Shown: piece after piece, positions 18,059 through 28,009 of the stretch
How the letters are laid out: each line of letters opens with the position of its first letter
How positions within the stretch are numbered: position 1 is the stretch's first letter
Assembly (NCBI GenBank): GCA_029263335.1
Contig: JAJCXS010000147.1
Coordinates: 2,682-66,681 of the forward strand
Direction: 5' to 3'
Length of the DNA: 64,000 nt
Source: Acidobacteriota bacterium
Lineage (GTDB): Bacteria > Acidobacteriota > UBA890 > WLXD01
Position numbers and translations under genes: made by a program
The notes under the pieces: model-generated
What the model was told of the DNA's origin: nothing
Seen by the model: only the letters and a program-made list of their open reading frames with translations
The model's database searches: none

Positions 18059-20656
18059 TCAGTCGGCTCGCAGCACGGTAGCGGGATCGACGTGCGCGGC
18101 CCGCGCTCCGGGAATCAACGTGGCGGCAGCCGCCACGGCCACGAACGCGAGGAACACACCGGTATAGATAAAGGGATCGAGCGGATTCATGCGCCCGAGC
18201 GCGACCCCGAGGAGGGGGCTGAAGCCTGCGCTCAGGACGAAGCCGATCACCAGGCCAGGGGCGACGGCGCGCAAACCGGTCCGCGTGACGAAGCGCAGCA
18301 CCGATCGTCGATCGGCGCCGAGTGCCTTGCGAACACCGATCTCCGGCAAGCGTCGCTGCACCTCGAACGCCAGGGCTCCATACAGGCCGATCAGGGCGAC
18401 CAGCGCGGTGCTCACGCCTCCGAGCATCGCGAGGACTCCACCGGTCTGATAGATCCGTCCGATGTAGTTGATCAAATCCCTGATTCGAGTGGTGTCGGTT
18501 CCACCGAACGACCCGGTGACCCCGAGGTCCGGGTCGATTTCAGCGATCGCGGCACGCACCGACGCGGTGGCCATTTCCGGGCCGGTGAAGAGAAGATGGA
18601 AGTTGGTCGGCTCGACCGCTCCGAAGGGGAGATAGACACGTGCCAGTTCGCGCGCGCGGGCGCCCCGGTAGACGGACAGATCGGCAGTAACACCGACGAT
18701 CCGGACCCAGCGATCGCCTCCGGTGGCCGGCAGCCGGACCCGCTGGCCGACCGCGCTCCGCCCGTTCAGGTAGGTGTTCACGAAGCTGCTGTTGACCACT
18801 GCGACGAGCTCGTCGGAGGTCGAGGTGGCCCGTGGCAGCCCCACTCCGGCAATGGTCTGCAAGCCAAACAGGTCGAAGTAGCCCTCGTCTGCCACGATCA
18901 CACGCACAAGCGGCGGGCGGGCGGCGGGGTCCGGTTCGGCGCCTTCGATCTCGAGGCGATCGACAGAATTTTCGAGCCCGGGCACAACGTTCACGAAGAT
19001 CAGCGTTCCGACATCCGCATTGTCGCGCAGGCCGGCGCTGAGCGCTCCGCGGAGAGCGCGGCGCCCGGCCGGCTGCGCGTAGCGTGGTCCGTCCAGCGCG
19101 ACGCTCAGCAGATACACGTCGTCGGCGCGCAGATCGGCCGCTGACTGTGACCGCAGCAGGGCCCCTCCCATGAGGCTCGCGATGATCAAGGCAAGGGCGG
19201 ATATTGTTACCTGGGCATTGAGCAGTACGCCCGAGAGGCGCCCGCGGCGTCCGCCAACCACCGCCGTCGCATCGGATCGCAGCACCTCGCTCAGGTCGGC
19301 GCCGCGCAGACGGATGGCGGGCAGCAGTCCGGAAAGCGTCCCGGCAACAACCGCGAGTCCCAGGGTGAAGAACACCACGGATGGTTCGAACTGGACCCTC
19401 ATCCAGTAGTAGCCCCAATGGCCCGACAGAGTCGACTGTATGTAGTCGATCGCAGCGGTTGCCAAGCCGAGTCCGACGACGGCTCCGGCGAGTGAAATCA
19501 CCAGTGCCTCCACCAGCATCTGGAGGAAGACCTGGGAGGGGCCGGCGCCGATGGCGGCGTGCACGGCAAGTAGATCAGCGCGCGCCAGGGCGCGCCCGAG
19601 CAACAGGTTCGAGACATTCGAGCATGAGACCAACACCAGCGCGATGACCAGGACGAGCATGGTCGCCAAGATCATCTTCTCGCCGCCCTCGCCACGCTTT
19701 TCGGTGAAGCGGGGTACTTCCACCCGCAACCCCGGGGCGCCCTCGTCGTCGGCGTAGCGTCGTGCCTCCAGCAGGCTCCTGACTTCCTCGCTCGCTCGGG
19801 TCGGCGTGGCGGCGGGCGCCAGCCGTCCGACCATCTCGAAGTTGTTGCCTGGAGTTGAAGGATCGAGCAGCGCCCATAGGTCGTGATTGAAGGGGAATCG
19901 ATGACCTGCCGGCATGACGCCGACGATTACGCGCACGGCGCCGTCGACTCGAACCTCCTTGCCGACGACACCGCGGTCAGCCGCGAAGTGATCGCGCCAC
20001 AGGTCGTCGCTGATCACGATCCCGGTAAGCTCATCGTCCGCCGTTGGGAGACGACCCAGTTGTGGCATCTCGCCGAGCAACTCGAAGACCTGCGCGGTCA
20101 TCGCCACGCTTGGTACCCGAACCGGGTAGCCACGAGCGGCGCGAACGCTGGCGCTGCCGGTCGTCACGGCGCCCAGTTGGGCGAACGACTGGGTCGCGGA
20201 ACGCACGCTCTCGAGATCTACGATGTCGAGCGCGACGCCGCGACCCCGCTCGTCGAGCACACGGACCCAGCGCACGTCTTTACCGTCCGCAACGGGAAGC
20301 GGACGGCTGAAGCCGGCGTAGGTCCCATAGATCGCCGCGGCAGCGCCGAACCCCAGCCCCAGCGTGATGGCGGCGAGCACCGGCACGCCCGGTTGCCGAC
20401 GGATATTGCGCACCGTCAAGACCAGCGCCAGAAAGGGTTTCAACCCGCGGCCGCGATAGCGAAGGTCTCGAAGTTCGTACAGACCGACCGTCAAGACCTC
20501 TCGGTATGTCCACCAATCTACGCGCAGCCTCCCGCTCCCCGTCGCCCGGCGGCGTCCAGCCTCGTCGGCGATGTCTTGCAGGGCCTCATCAACATGCCGA
20601 CAGCCGCAGACGGACAGATACACGCGAGCGCAACGTCGGGCGAGTGAAGGCCGCAT
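18059..20656 (-). CDS. ADOP-like duplicated ABC permease (divergent)
   Basis: TLGLGFG, VSCSNVSNLL, EIGVRKALGA, VDPATVLRAD. Confidence 0.85.
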   Translation of the reverse strand: MRPSLARRCARVYLSVCGCRHVDEALQDIADEAGRRRATGSGRLRVDWWTYREVLTVGLYELRDLRYRGRGLKPFLALVLTVRNIRRQPGVPVLAAITLGLGFGAAAAIYGTYAGFSRPLPVADGKDVRWVRVLDERGRGVALDIVDLESVRSATQSFAQLGAVTTGSASVRAARGYPVRVPSVAMTAQVFELLGEMPQLGRLPTADDELTGIVISDDLWRDHFAADRGVVGKEVRVDGAVRVIVGVMPAGHRFPFNHDLWALLDPSTPGNNFEMVGRLAPAATPTRASEEVRSLLEARRYADDEGAPGLRVEVPRFTEKRGEGGEKMILATMLVLVIALVLVSCSNVSNLLLGRALARADLLAVHAAIGAGPSQVFLQMLVEALVISLAGAVVGLGLATAAIDYIQSTLSGHWGYYWMRVQFEPSVVFFTLGLAVVAGTLSGLLPAIRLRGADLSEVLRSDATAVVGGRRGRLSGVLLNAQVTISALALIIASLMGGALLRSQSAADLRADDVYLLSVALDGPRYAQPAGRRALRGALSAGLRDNADVGTLIFVNVVPGLENSVDRLEIEGAEPDPAARPPLVRVIVADEGYFDLFGLQTIAGVGLPRATSTSDELVAVVNSSFVNTYLNGRSAVGQRVRLPATGGDRWVRIVGVTADLSVYRGARARELARVYLPFGAVEPTNFHLLFTGPEMATASVRAAIAEIDPDLGVTGSFGGTDTTRIRDLINYIGRIYQTGGVLAMLGGVSTALVALIGLYGALAFEVQRRLPEIGVRKALGADRRSVLRFVTRTGLRAVAPGLVIGFVLSAGFSPLLGVALGRMNPLDPFIYTGVFLAFVAVAAAATLIPGARAAHVDPATVLRAD

Positions 20657-20854
20657 CAGGGGGTCCTGTTGATCGTGGATGGGCGGGCTCTCGTTGGTTT
20701 CTGTACATCGTACACTAACTGTCGATGAAAGACTCGGTCGACGTGCGAGGTGGGGTTGCGGAAGATGTGGGGTATGGTGCGGCGCGACGCCAGCAGCCGG
20801 ACAGTTTGGGATAGAGTGCGACGGTTCGTGTCCATTCCTTCTCGCCGAGAGCCC

Positions 20855-22252
20855 ATGACTTCTCGCCCGTGCCCGATCTCGAGCCGCTCGATCGCTGTAG
20901 TGACTCTGGCGGCTGCGATGTTGGCCGGATGTTCGGCCCCGGCCGACGTTGAACGACAGTCAGAGTCGACGCCCTACATGGAGGCGGCATTGCAGGCCGC
21001 GACCTGGATACGAGCGCAGGAGGTTCGGTCGCCTTCCGGGTCGGCGTGGCCGGCCGATCCCTACGACACCGCCACCGTCGTGACCAATCTCTACACCGGC
21101 ACTCCGGGGGTGGTCCTCTTCTTCCTCGAGCTCTATCACCACACCGGCGACAGCAGCTATCTCGCCGATGCCGCGGCGGGCGCCGACTATCTGATGGCGC
21201 GCTTCGCTGGTGGCAGGCCCGGCGAGGGCGACACCGGGACCGTCGACGCGACGACACAGACGGCAGGCTTTTACACCGGCGTCGCCGGCATCGCGTTCGT
21301 ACTGCACGAGACCTTCAAAGCCACGGGTGATAACCGGTACCGCGCAGGCGCCATGGAGGCGGTCGACCGCGTTCATCAGCAAGCCCGCGAGCGTGAAGAG
21401 GGCGTCGACTGGATCGACTCCACCGACATCGTCAGCGGCACCGCCGGCACCGGCCTGTTCCTGCTGTACGCGGCACGTGAGATGGGACATGCCGAGTCGC
21501 TCCAGTTGGCCGAACGAGCCGGGTGGCGTTTGCTCGAACAGGCCGAGGAGGCGGGCGCGGGAATGCGGTGGCGCATCAACGCGGAGTATCCGCGCGTGAT
21601 GCCCAACTTCTCGCACGGCACGGCTGGAGTGGCCTATTTCCTGGCGGCGCTGCACCAGGCCACGGGTGAGTCGGCGTTTCTCGACGCGGCCATCTCGGGC
21701 GCCAATCAGCTGCTCGAACTTGCCGAGACCGAGGGCGACGTGTGTTTGATCTTCCATCACTCGCCGGACGGCGAGGGGCTGCAATACCTGAGCTGGTGCC
21801 ACGGCCCCGCTGGCACGGCACGTACCTTCTACAAGCTGTTCCAAGTCACTGGCGATCCAGTGTGGATGCAATGGACCGACAGGTCGGCCAACGGCATTCA
21901 CCAAAGTGGCATTCCCGACCAGCTCACCGAGGGATTCTGGAACAACGTCGGTCAGTGCTGCGGCTCCGCGGGCGTCGCCGAGTTCTCGCTCGCGATGCAT
22001 CGAACAACCGGAGCGCCCCGCCACCTCGAGTTCGCCCGCCAGGTTGCCGACAACCTGCGCGGCCGCGCAACCGCGGACGCCGGCGGGCTCATGTGGATCC
22101 AGGCCGAGAACCGTATCCAGCCCGAGTTCCTGGTGGCCCAGACCGGGTACATGCAGGGAGCTGCCGGCATCGGCATCCTGCTGCTGCATCTCGACGCCGC
22201 AATCCGGGGTAGCGATTACAGCGGCATCGTCTTTCCAGACGCGCCCTACTGA
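20855..22252 (+). CDS. LanC-like (lanthionine synthetase C family) lipoprotein
   Basis: Lipobox MLAGC; repeated G.AG. helical-barrel motifs; FSHGTAG, WCHG, QCCG; GYMQGAAGIG. Confidence 0.8.
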   Translation: MTSRPCPISSRSIAVVTLAAAMLAGCSAPADVERQSESTPYMEAALQAATWIRAQEVRSPSGSAWPADPYDTATVVTNLYTGTPGVVLFFLELYHHTGDSSYLADAAAGADYLMARFAGGRPGEGDTGTVDATTQTAGFYTGVAGIAFVLHETFKATGDNRYRAGAMEAVDRVHQQAREREEGVDWIDSTDIVSGTAGTGLFLLYAAREMGHAESLQLAERAGWRLLEQAEEAGAGMRWRINAEYPRVMPNFSHGTAGVAYFLAALHQATGESAFLDAAISGANQLLELAETEGDVCLIFHHSPDGEGLQYLSWCHGPAGTARTFYKLFQVTGDPVWMQWTDRSANGIHQSGIPDQLTEGFWNNVGQCCGSAGVAEFSLAMHRTTGAPRHLEFARQVADNLRGRATADAGGLMWIQAENRIQPEFLVAQTGYMQGAAGIGILLLHLDAAIRGSDYSGIVFPDAPY

Positions 22253-22404
22253 TGCGCTTTCCCAGCGGGCGCGGTAGCCTTCGCGGCCATGGGTAGATTC
22301 CAGCTCGGCCACTGCGAGATCGGGGAGAAGCGCAGGTCACTCGAAACCCGGGTCCCGGAGAGGTAATAGAATACCTGGACTAATCATTCCAAGATGGAGC
22401 AACG

Positions 22405-24519
22405 ATGCAGGCGACGCGGACGACGATTCTGAATGCTGGGGCCGTCGAGCAGAAGCGCGAGGAGATCCGTAAGTACTTCCACGACACTTACGACATCTAC
22501 GAAGAACTCTTCGAGGGCATGGCGGGCGATGCTGCCTACTACCTGCGCCCCGAGCCGCTGCGGCATCCGCTGATCTTCTACTACGGCCACACCGCGGTCT
22601 TCTTCGTCAACAAGCTGCGCGTGGCAGGCATCGTGGACGAGCGTGTCGATGCTCGCATCGAGTCGATGATGGCCATCGGCGTCGACGAGATGTCCTGGGA
22701 CGACCTGGACAAGACCGATTACGACTGGGCGACCGTGGCGGAGGTGAAAGCCTATCGGGACGAGGTCCGCACCCTGGTGGACGGTGTGATCAGCAACTCC
22801 GAGCTGACCCTGCCGATCGACTGGAGCAGCCCCTTCTGGATCGTGATGATGGGCATCGAGCACGAGCGTATTCACCTGGAAACGTCGTCTGTGCTGATCC
22901 GTCAGCTACCCATCGAGAGCGTCCGCCCGATACCGGGTTGGCAGCACTGCCCCGATGCCGGGGAGGCTCCCGAGAACGGTTTGGTCGCGGTCGCGGGCGG
23001 CGGTGTGGCCGTGGGTAAGAGTCGTGAGTCGGCAGTGTACGGGTGGGACATCGAATACGGCGGCCACGAGGCGGAGATCGACGGATTCCAGGCCGGGCGC
23101 CACCTGGTCTCGAACCGCGAATACCGCGCGTTCGTCGAGGACGGTGGCTATGACAACGAGTCGTGGTGGACCGACGAGGGCTGGCGCTGGCGGACCTACA
23201 AGAAGGCCGGCCATCCGCTGTTCTGGATTCCTGACGGCGACGAAGGCTATCGCTATCGCGCCATGCTCGAAGAGATCGACATGCCGTGGAACTGGCCCGT
23301 CGACGTCAACTATCTCGAGGCCAAGGCGTTCTGCAACTGGCTGGGCGCGAGATCGGGCAAGAGCATACGGCTGCCTACCGAAGACGAGTGGTATCTGATG
23401 GCTCAGCGAATTGAAACGGACCAGCCGGACTGGAGCGAAGCTCCCGGCAACATCAACCTGGAGTACTGGGCTTCGGCCTGTCCGGTGGATCGTTTCGAGA
23501 GCGACGGGCTGTTCGACGTGATTGGCAACGTCTGGCAGTGGACCGAGACCGCGATCGACGCCTTGGAAGGCTTCGAGGTGCATCCTGCATACGACGATTT
23601 CTCGGTGCCAACGCTCGACGGCAAACACAACCTGATCAAAGGTGGCTCGTGGGTATCGACTGGCAACGAGGCCACGCGAGACGCGCGCTACGCGTTTCGT
23701 CGTCACTTCCCACAACACGCGGGTTTCCGCTACGTCGAGGCCCCCGAGCCGCCGGCCGTGGAAGCTAACGTGTACGAGACCGACGAGTCGATCTCCGAGT
23801 ATCTGGAGTTCCACTACGGCGATGAGTACTTCGGCGTCGGCAATTTTCCGGCGGCGTGCGTTCGCGAGGTGATGGCGGCGATCGGCGACGCACCCAAACG
23901 TAAGGCGCTCGACATGGGGTGCTCCGTCGGCCGATCGAGCTTTGAACTGGCCCGTGATTTCCAGCATGTCGATGCGTTGGACTTCTCCACGCGGTTCGTG
24001 TTCAGCGCGATCGAGCTGCAGAAGCGCGGCGTTCGGCGGTATGTGATCCGCGACGAAGGCGATCTGATGGCGTATCGCGAGGCTCGTCTGGAAGGGCTCG
24101 GCCTGGCTGAAACTGCCGGCCGCGTCGAGTTCGCTCAGAACGACGCATGCAATCTGAAAACCAACTACACCGGGTACGACCTGATCTTTGCCGCCAACCT
24201 GATCGATCGGCTGTACGATCCCGCTGCGTTTCTGAGGATCGCGCGCGAGCGTCTGGTGCCCGGGGGCTACCTGGCCCTGACTTCGCCCTACACGTGGCTT
24301 GTCGAGCATACGGAAAAGAAGAAATGGCTTGGCGGCATCAAAGAAGACGGCGAGAACGTCACCGGTTTGCAGGGGCTGCACCGGCTTCTCGATGCGCACT
24401 TCGAGACCGTGGGCGAGCCGGTCGATATCCCGTTCGTGATTCGTGAGACCAAGCGTAAGCACCAGCACACGATCGCGGAGTTGACGGTGTGGCGAAGAAG
24501 GTCCGATACGCGCAACTAG
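22405..24519 (+). CDS. ovoA: 5-histidylcysteine sulfoxide synthase with fused SAM methyltransferase (ovothiol biosynthesis)
   Basis: LRHPLIFYYGHTA, GVDEMSWDD, iron motif HERIHLE, FGE-sulfatase domain, RRHF.QHAGFRY, and C-terminal ALDMGC.VGR...NLIDRL...SPYTW methyltransferase. Confidence 0.93.
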   Translation: MQATRTTILNAGAVEQKREEIRKYFHDTYDIYEELFEGMAGDAAYYLRPEPLRHPLIFYYGHTAVFFVNKLRVAGIVDERVDARIESMMAIGVDEMSWDDLDKTDYDWATVAEVKAYRDEVRTLVDGVISNSELTLPIDWSSPFWIVMMGIEHERIHLETSSVLIRQLPIESVRPIPGWQHCPDAGEAPENGLVAVAGGGVAVGKSRESAVYGWDIEYGGHEAEIDGFQAGRHLVSNREYRAFVEDGGYDNESWWTDEGWRWRTYKKAGHPLFWIPDGDEGYRYRAMLEEIDMPWNWPVDVNYLEAKAFCNWLGARSGKSIRLPTEDEWYLMAQRIETDQPDWSEAPGNINLEYWASACPVDRFESDGLFDVIGNVWQWTETAIDALEGFEVHPAYDDFSVPTLDGKHNLIKGGSWVSTGNEATRDARYAFRRHFPQHAGFRYVEAPEPPAVEANVYETDESISEYLEFHYGDEYFGVGNFPAACVREVMAAIGDAPKRKALDMGCSVGRSSFELARDFQHVDALDFSTRFVFSAIELQKRGVRRYVIRDEGDLMAYREARLEGLGLAETAGRVEFAQNDACNLKTNYTGYDLIFAANLIDRLYDPAAFLRIARERLVPGGYLALTSPYTWLVEHTEKKKWLGGIKEDGENVTGLQGLHRLLDAHFETVGEPVDIPFVIRETKRKHQHTIAELTVWRRRSDTRN

Positions 24520-24547
24520 CAACGCTCGGCCGAGCCGACAGGAGGAA

Positions 24548-27235
24548 GTGGTGAGAGCGATCCGTGCGTCAGTGGGTGGCCTCGTTCTTCTCTCGGCGGT
24601 ATGGGGCACCGGCCCGAGCCTCGTCGCCCAGAGCGATCAGCTGGCGGCCGTTTTCAACGCGACGGAGTTCCGCAACATCGGACCGTTCCGCACCTCGGCG
24701 TGGGTCGTCGAGGTTGCCGTGCCGGAGACGCCCCTGCACGAGCACATCTACACGATGTACGCGGCCACCCGTAGCGGCGGTCTTTGGAAGACGACCAACA
24801 ACGGCGTTACCTGGCAGGTGGTCTCCGACAGCATCGATGTCGCCGCGGTAGGCGCCGTGGCGCTGTCACCCTCCGATCCGCTGCAGGTCTGGATGGGTAC
24901 CGGCGCCAACGATCTGGCGCGCTCGTCGTACTCGGGCAAGGGGCTGTACAAGTCGACCGACGGCGGCGGGACCTGGGCGTTTGTCGGGCTGGGGGACTCG
25001 CATCACATCGCGCGGATTCTCGTGCACCCGACCGACCCCGACACCGTGTGGGTGGCGGCCATGGGTCACCTGTTCTCGCGCAACGAAGAGCGTGGCGTCT
25101 TTCGCACCCGAGACGGCGGTAGCACGTGGGAAAAGGTGCTGTACATCGACGACGGCACCGGGGCTGTTGATCTCGCCATCGATCGCGACGCTCCCGACAC
25201 GCTCTTTGCGGCGATGTACGAGAAACACCGCTCCGACTGGCGCCTGGTGCTCGGCGGCCCGGGGACGGCCGTGTATCGAACCGACGACGGCGGCGACGAC
25301 TGGCGGAAGCTCGACGGGATTCCCGAGGGCGCGATCGGTCGCATCGGCCTCGACTACAACCAGGCGAGTGATGTCCTGCACGCCATCGTGGAGAACGTGA
25401 ACCCGCGGCCTGCCGGTTGGCCGGTGCGCCATGATGCCTGTTCGCCGCAGCGCGAGATCGAAGCGGACGTGATCGGCAACGAGGTGTATCGGTCGGAGGA
25501 TCACGGTGAGACGTGGACCAAGACCCACGGCGACGGCGTGGATGTGGCCGGCTCCAAGGCGCCCTATTCGTTCAACCAGATCATCACCAATCCGTCCGAT
25601 CCCGGTCACATCCTGGTCAACAGCGACAGCATGTACGAGTCGCGCGACGGCGGCGCCACCTGGACGTGCGGGTTCTTTGGCAGCGTGTTCGGCGATTTCC
25701 GCACCATGTGGTGGGACGAGCAGGACCCCGAGCGCATTGTCATCGGCAGCGACGGCGGCGTGAACATCTCATACGACGGCGGGGAGACCGCGGATTACGC
25801 TCTCAACATCCCCGTGGGCGAGGTCTATGCCATCGGCGTCGACATGGATGACCCTTACAGCGTGTACGCCGGGCTGCAGGATCACGACTCCTGGAAGGGG
25901 CCGAGCAATGCTCCCAGCGGCCGCATCACCCTGGAAGACTGGACAACGGTCGGCACCGGCGATGGCATGTACAACCAGATCGATCCGACCGACTCGCGTT
26001 GGGTCTACAACTCGTGGCAGACGGGTGGCCAGCGCCGCTTCGACCAGGAGACGGGCCGGGCCACTTCGATTCAGCCAACGCGCGACGAAGGCGCCCCGAC
26101 GCTGCGCTATAACTGGATCACCCCGCTGGTGCTCTCGCCGCACAATCCACAGATCATCTACACCGGCGCGCAGGTGCTGTTCCGATCGCTCAACCGCGGC
26201 GACGACTGGCGCGAGATCAGCCCGGATCTGACCTCCGACGATGAGCGCTGTGGTCTCAACTCGGGCTACGTGCCCTTCTGTACGATCACCTCGATCTCGG
26301 AGTCGCCGCTCGAGCCGGGGTTGATCTGGGTCGGGACCGACGACGGCAAGGTGCACCTGACCACCGACCAGGGTGCGACCTGGAACGAGGTCACCGCTGC
26401 CGTTGCCGCTGCGGGAGGTCCGGCCGATCGTTACGTGAGCCGGGTATTCGCGTCGCCGCACAATCCGGCCATCGCGTTCGTGGCCAAGAGCGGGTTCCGT
26501 GACGATGACTTCCACCCGTATCTATATCGCACCGAAGACTATGGTCAGACGTGGGAGTCCATTGGCGGCGGCCTACCCGATGCACCCGTCAACGTTGTGG
26601 TGCAGGATCTGGCCAACGCGGAGTTGCTCGTCGTCGGCAATGACCTCGGCGTGTGGGTATCGATCGACGGCGCCGAGTCCTGGCATCGGTTGCGCGCCAA
26701 CCTGCCCACCGTGCCCGTTCACGATCTGACGATTCACCCCCGCGAGTCAGATCTGGTTCTCGGGACGTACGGTCGCGCGGTTTGGGTGGGCGACATCACG
26801 CCAATCAGGCGATTGGCCGCGGACGATCTGCAAGAGCCGCTGCACCTGTTCGAACCCGAGCCGCGGGCGCACTACGGCCTGCGGGCCTTGGGCAACTTCC
26901 ATCTCTTCGGCGATCGGTACCTGTCAGTACCCAACGAGCCCGATGGGCTGATGATCCAATACCTGCTCGAGGTCGCCGATGAGGACGGTGCAAAGGTGAC
27001 CGTAGCGGACAGCGCCGGCACGGAAATCGCCACACTGACCGGGCCGGCCGAGGCCGGATTCAACCAGGTTCTCTGGGACATGCGGCCGGGAGACGCGCCG
27101 ACCGGAGAAGACTGGCAGTCGCGCATGCGCCGCTTCAACACGCCGACACTACCGCCTGGTGCCTATCGAATTCGTGTCGAGGCGAGCCATCACGACGCGA
27201 CCACGACCGGCGTGATTCGGGCGCGCATCCGGTAA
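24548..27235 (+). CDS. VPS10/sortilin-like BNR-repeat (Asp-box) secreted protein, glycosyl hydrolase-like
   Basis: Repeated S/T.DGG..W boxes, FRNIGP, GGLWKTTN.G, RYNW..P, GTYGR. Confidence 0.85.
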   Translation: MVRAIRASVGGLVLLSAVWGTGPSLVAQSDQLAAVFNATEFRNIGPFRTSAWVVEVAVPETPLHEHIYTMYAATRSGGLWKTTNNGVTWQVVSDSIDVAAVGAVALSPSDPLQVWMGTGANDLARSSYSGKGLYKSTDGGGTWAFVGLGDSHHIARILVHPTDPDTVWVAAMGHLFSRNEERGVFRTRDGGSTWEKVLYIDDGTGAVDLAIDRDAPDTLFAAMYEKHRSDWRLVLGGPGTAVYRTDDGGDDWRKLDGIPEGAIGRIGLDYNQASDVLHAIVENVNPRPAGWPVRHDACSPQREIEADVIGNEVYRSEDHGETWTKTHGDGVDVAGSKAPYSFNQIITNPSDPGHILVNSDSMYESRDGGATWTCGFFGSVFGDFRTMWWDEQDPERIVIGSDGGVNISYDGGETADYALNIPVGEVYAIGVDMDDPYSVYAGLQDHDSWKGPSNAPSGRITLEDWTTVGTGDGMYNQIDPTDSRWVYNSWQTGGQRRFDQETGRATSIQPTRDEGAPTLRYNWITPLVLSPHNPQIIYTGAQVLFRSLNRGDDWREISPDLTSDDERCGLNSGYVPFCTITSISESPLEPGLIWVGTDDGKVHLTTDQGATWNEVTAAVAAAGGPADRYVSRVFASPHNPAIAFVAKSGFRDDDFHPYLYRTEDYGQTWESIGGGLPDAPVNVVVQDLANAELLVVGNDLGVWVSIDGAESWHRLRANLPTVPVHDLTIHPRESDLVLGTYGRAVWVGDITPIRRLAADDLQEPLHLFEPEPRAHYGLRALGNFHLFGDRYLSVPNEPDGLMIQYLLEVADEDGAKVTVADSAGTEIATLTGPAEAGFNQVLWDMRPGDAPTGEDWQSRMRRFNTPTLPPGAYRIRVEASHHDATTTGVIRARIR

Positions 27236-27287
27236 TGCCCGCGCGGCACCGGTGACGGCACCGCCTGGCAAGCCATAGAATTTTTCT

Positions 27288-27316
27288 TGTTCCACGTCGT
27301 CGGCTCGCGTGTCTAA
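27288..27316 (+). promoter_or_regulatory. Putative autoregulated ECF promoter (TGTTCC-N11-TCGCGTGTC), probably giving a leaderless mRNA
   Basis: Ends 6 nt before the sigma ATG at 27323. The same motif occurs at 34172-34198 on the minus strand. Confidence 0.6.
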
Positions 27317-27322
27317 CGGGAT

Positions 27323-28009
27323 ATGAGCCCAATTCATGTCCCTCCAGCGGTCCCGGCGAACCAGCCAAACAAGCCAAAGGGCAAGGTGCTGATGTTCCCT
27401 CGTCGGGTGAAATCTCTACGAGATCTCGACGACGAGGCTCTGGTGGGCATGCTGCGCGAGGATCCAGATCGTGAAGACGTCCGCGACGAACTCTTCGGAC
27501 GTTATACGCGCCGTGTCGCCAGTTGGTGTCTGGGCATCGCCCGCACGCCGGAGGAAGCGCAGGACATCGCGCAGGATGTGATGCTGCTGGTCCACCAGCG
27601 GCTGCACACCTTCCGGGTCGAGAGCAAGTTTTCGACGTGGCTGTATACGATCGCCCGCCGTGTGGCACTGAATCGGGCTCGCGCCGGCTCCGTACGCCGA
27701 ACCGAGACGCTCGATCAGATGCCGGAGGCCGCCTCCGAGCGGACCGAACACGCGCCCGAGGAACTCGCGGAGCGGGCGCAGGTACACGAGCGCTTGCGCG
27801 AGGCGATGCGGCGAGATCTCACGGCGCAGGAGGCCGAGATCCTCATTCTGCATTTCGCGCACGGACTGACGTTCGATGAGCTAACGGCCCGCTATCAGTT
27901 GGACAACAAGTCCGGCGCCAAAGCGGTGGTCGTGTCGGCGCGACGCAAACTGGAACGGCGGTTCGGCCGCTGGCTGGAAACACAAACCGGTGGGAGACCC
28001 TGGTCATGA
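27323..28009 (+). CDS. ECF sigma-70 factor
   Basis: EAQDIAQDV, F..ESKFSTWLYTIARR, region 4 G.T..EL...SARRKL. Confidence 0.9.
   Translation: MSPIHVPPAVPANQPNKPKGKVLMFPRRVKSLRDLDDEALVGMLREDPDREDVRDELFGRYTRRVASWCLGIARTPEEAQDIAQDVMLLVHQRLHTFRVESKFSTWLYTIARRVALNRARAGSVRRTETLDQMPEAASERTEHAPEELAERAQVHERLREAMRRDLTAQEAEILILHFAHGLTFDELTARYQLDNKSGAKAVVVSARRKLERRFGRWLETQTGGRPWS

Noticed and set aside
20855-22252. Lanthipeptide biosynthetic cluster
   Set aside because: No dehydratase, precursor peptide or dedicated transporter was recognised nearby, and the protein has a lipobox.
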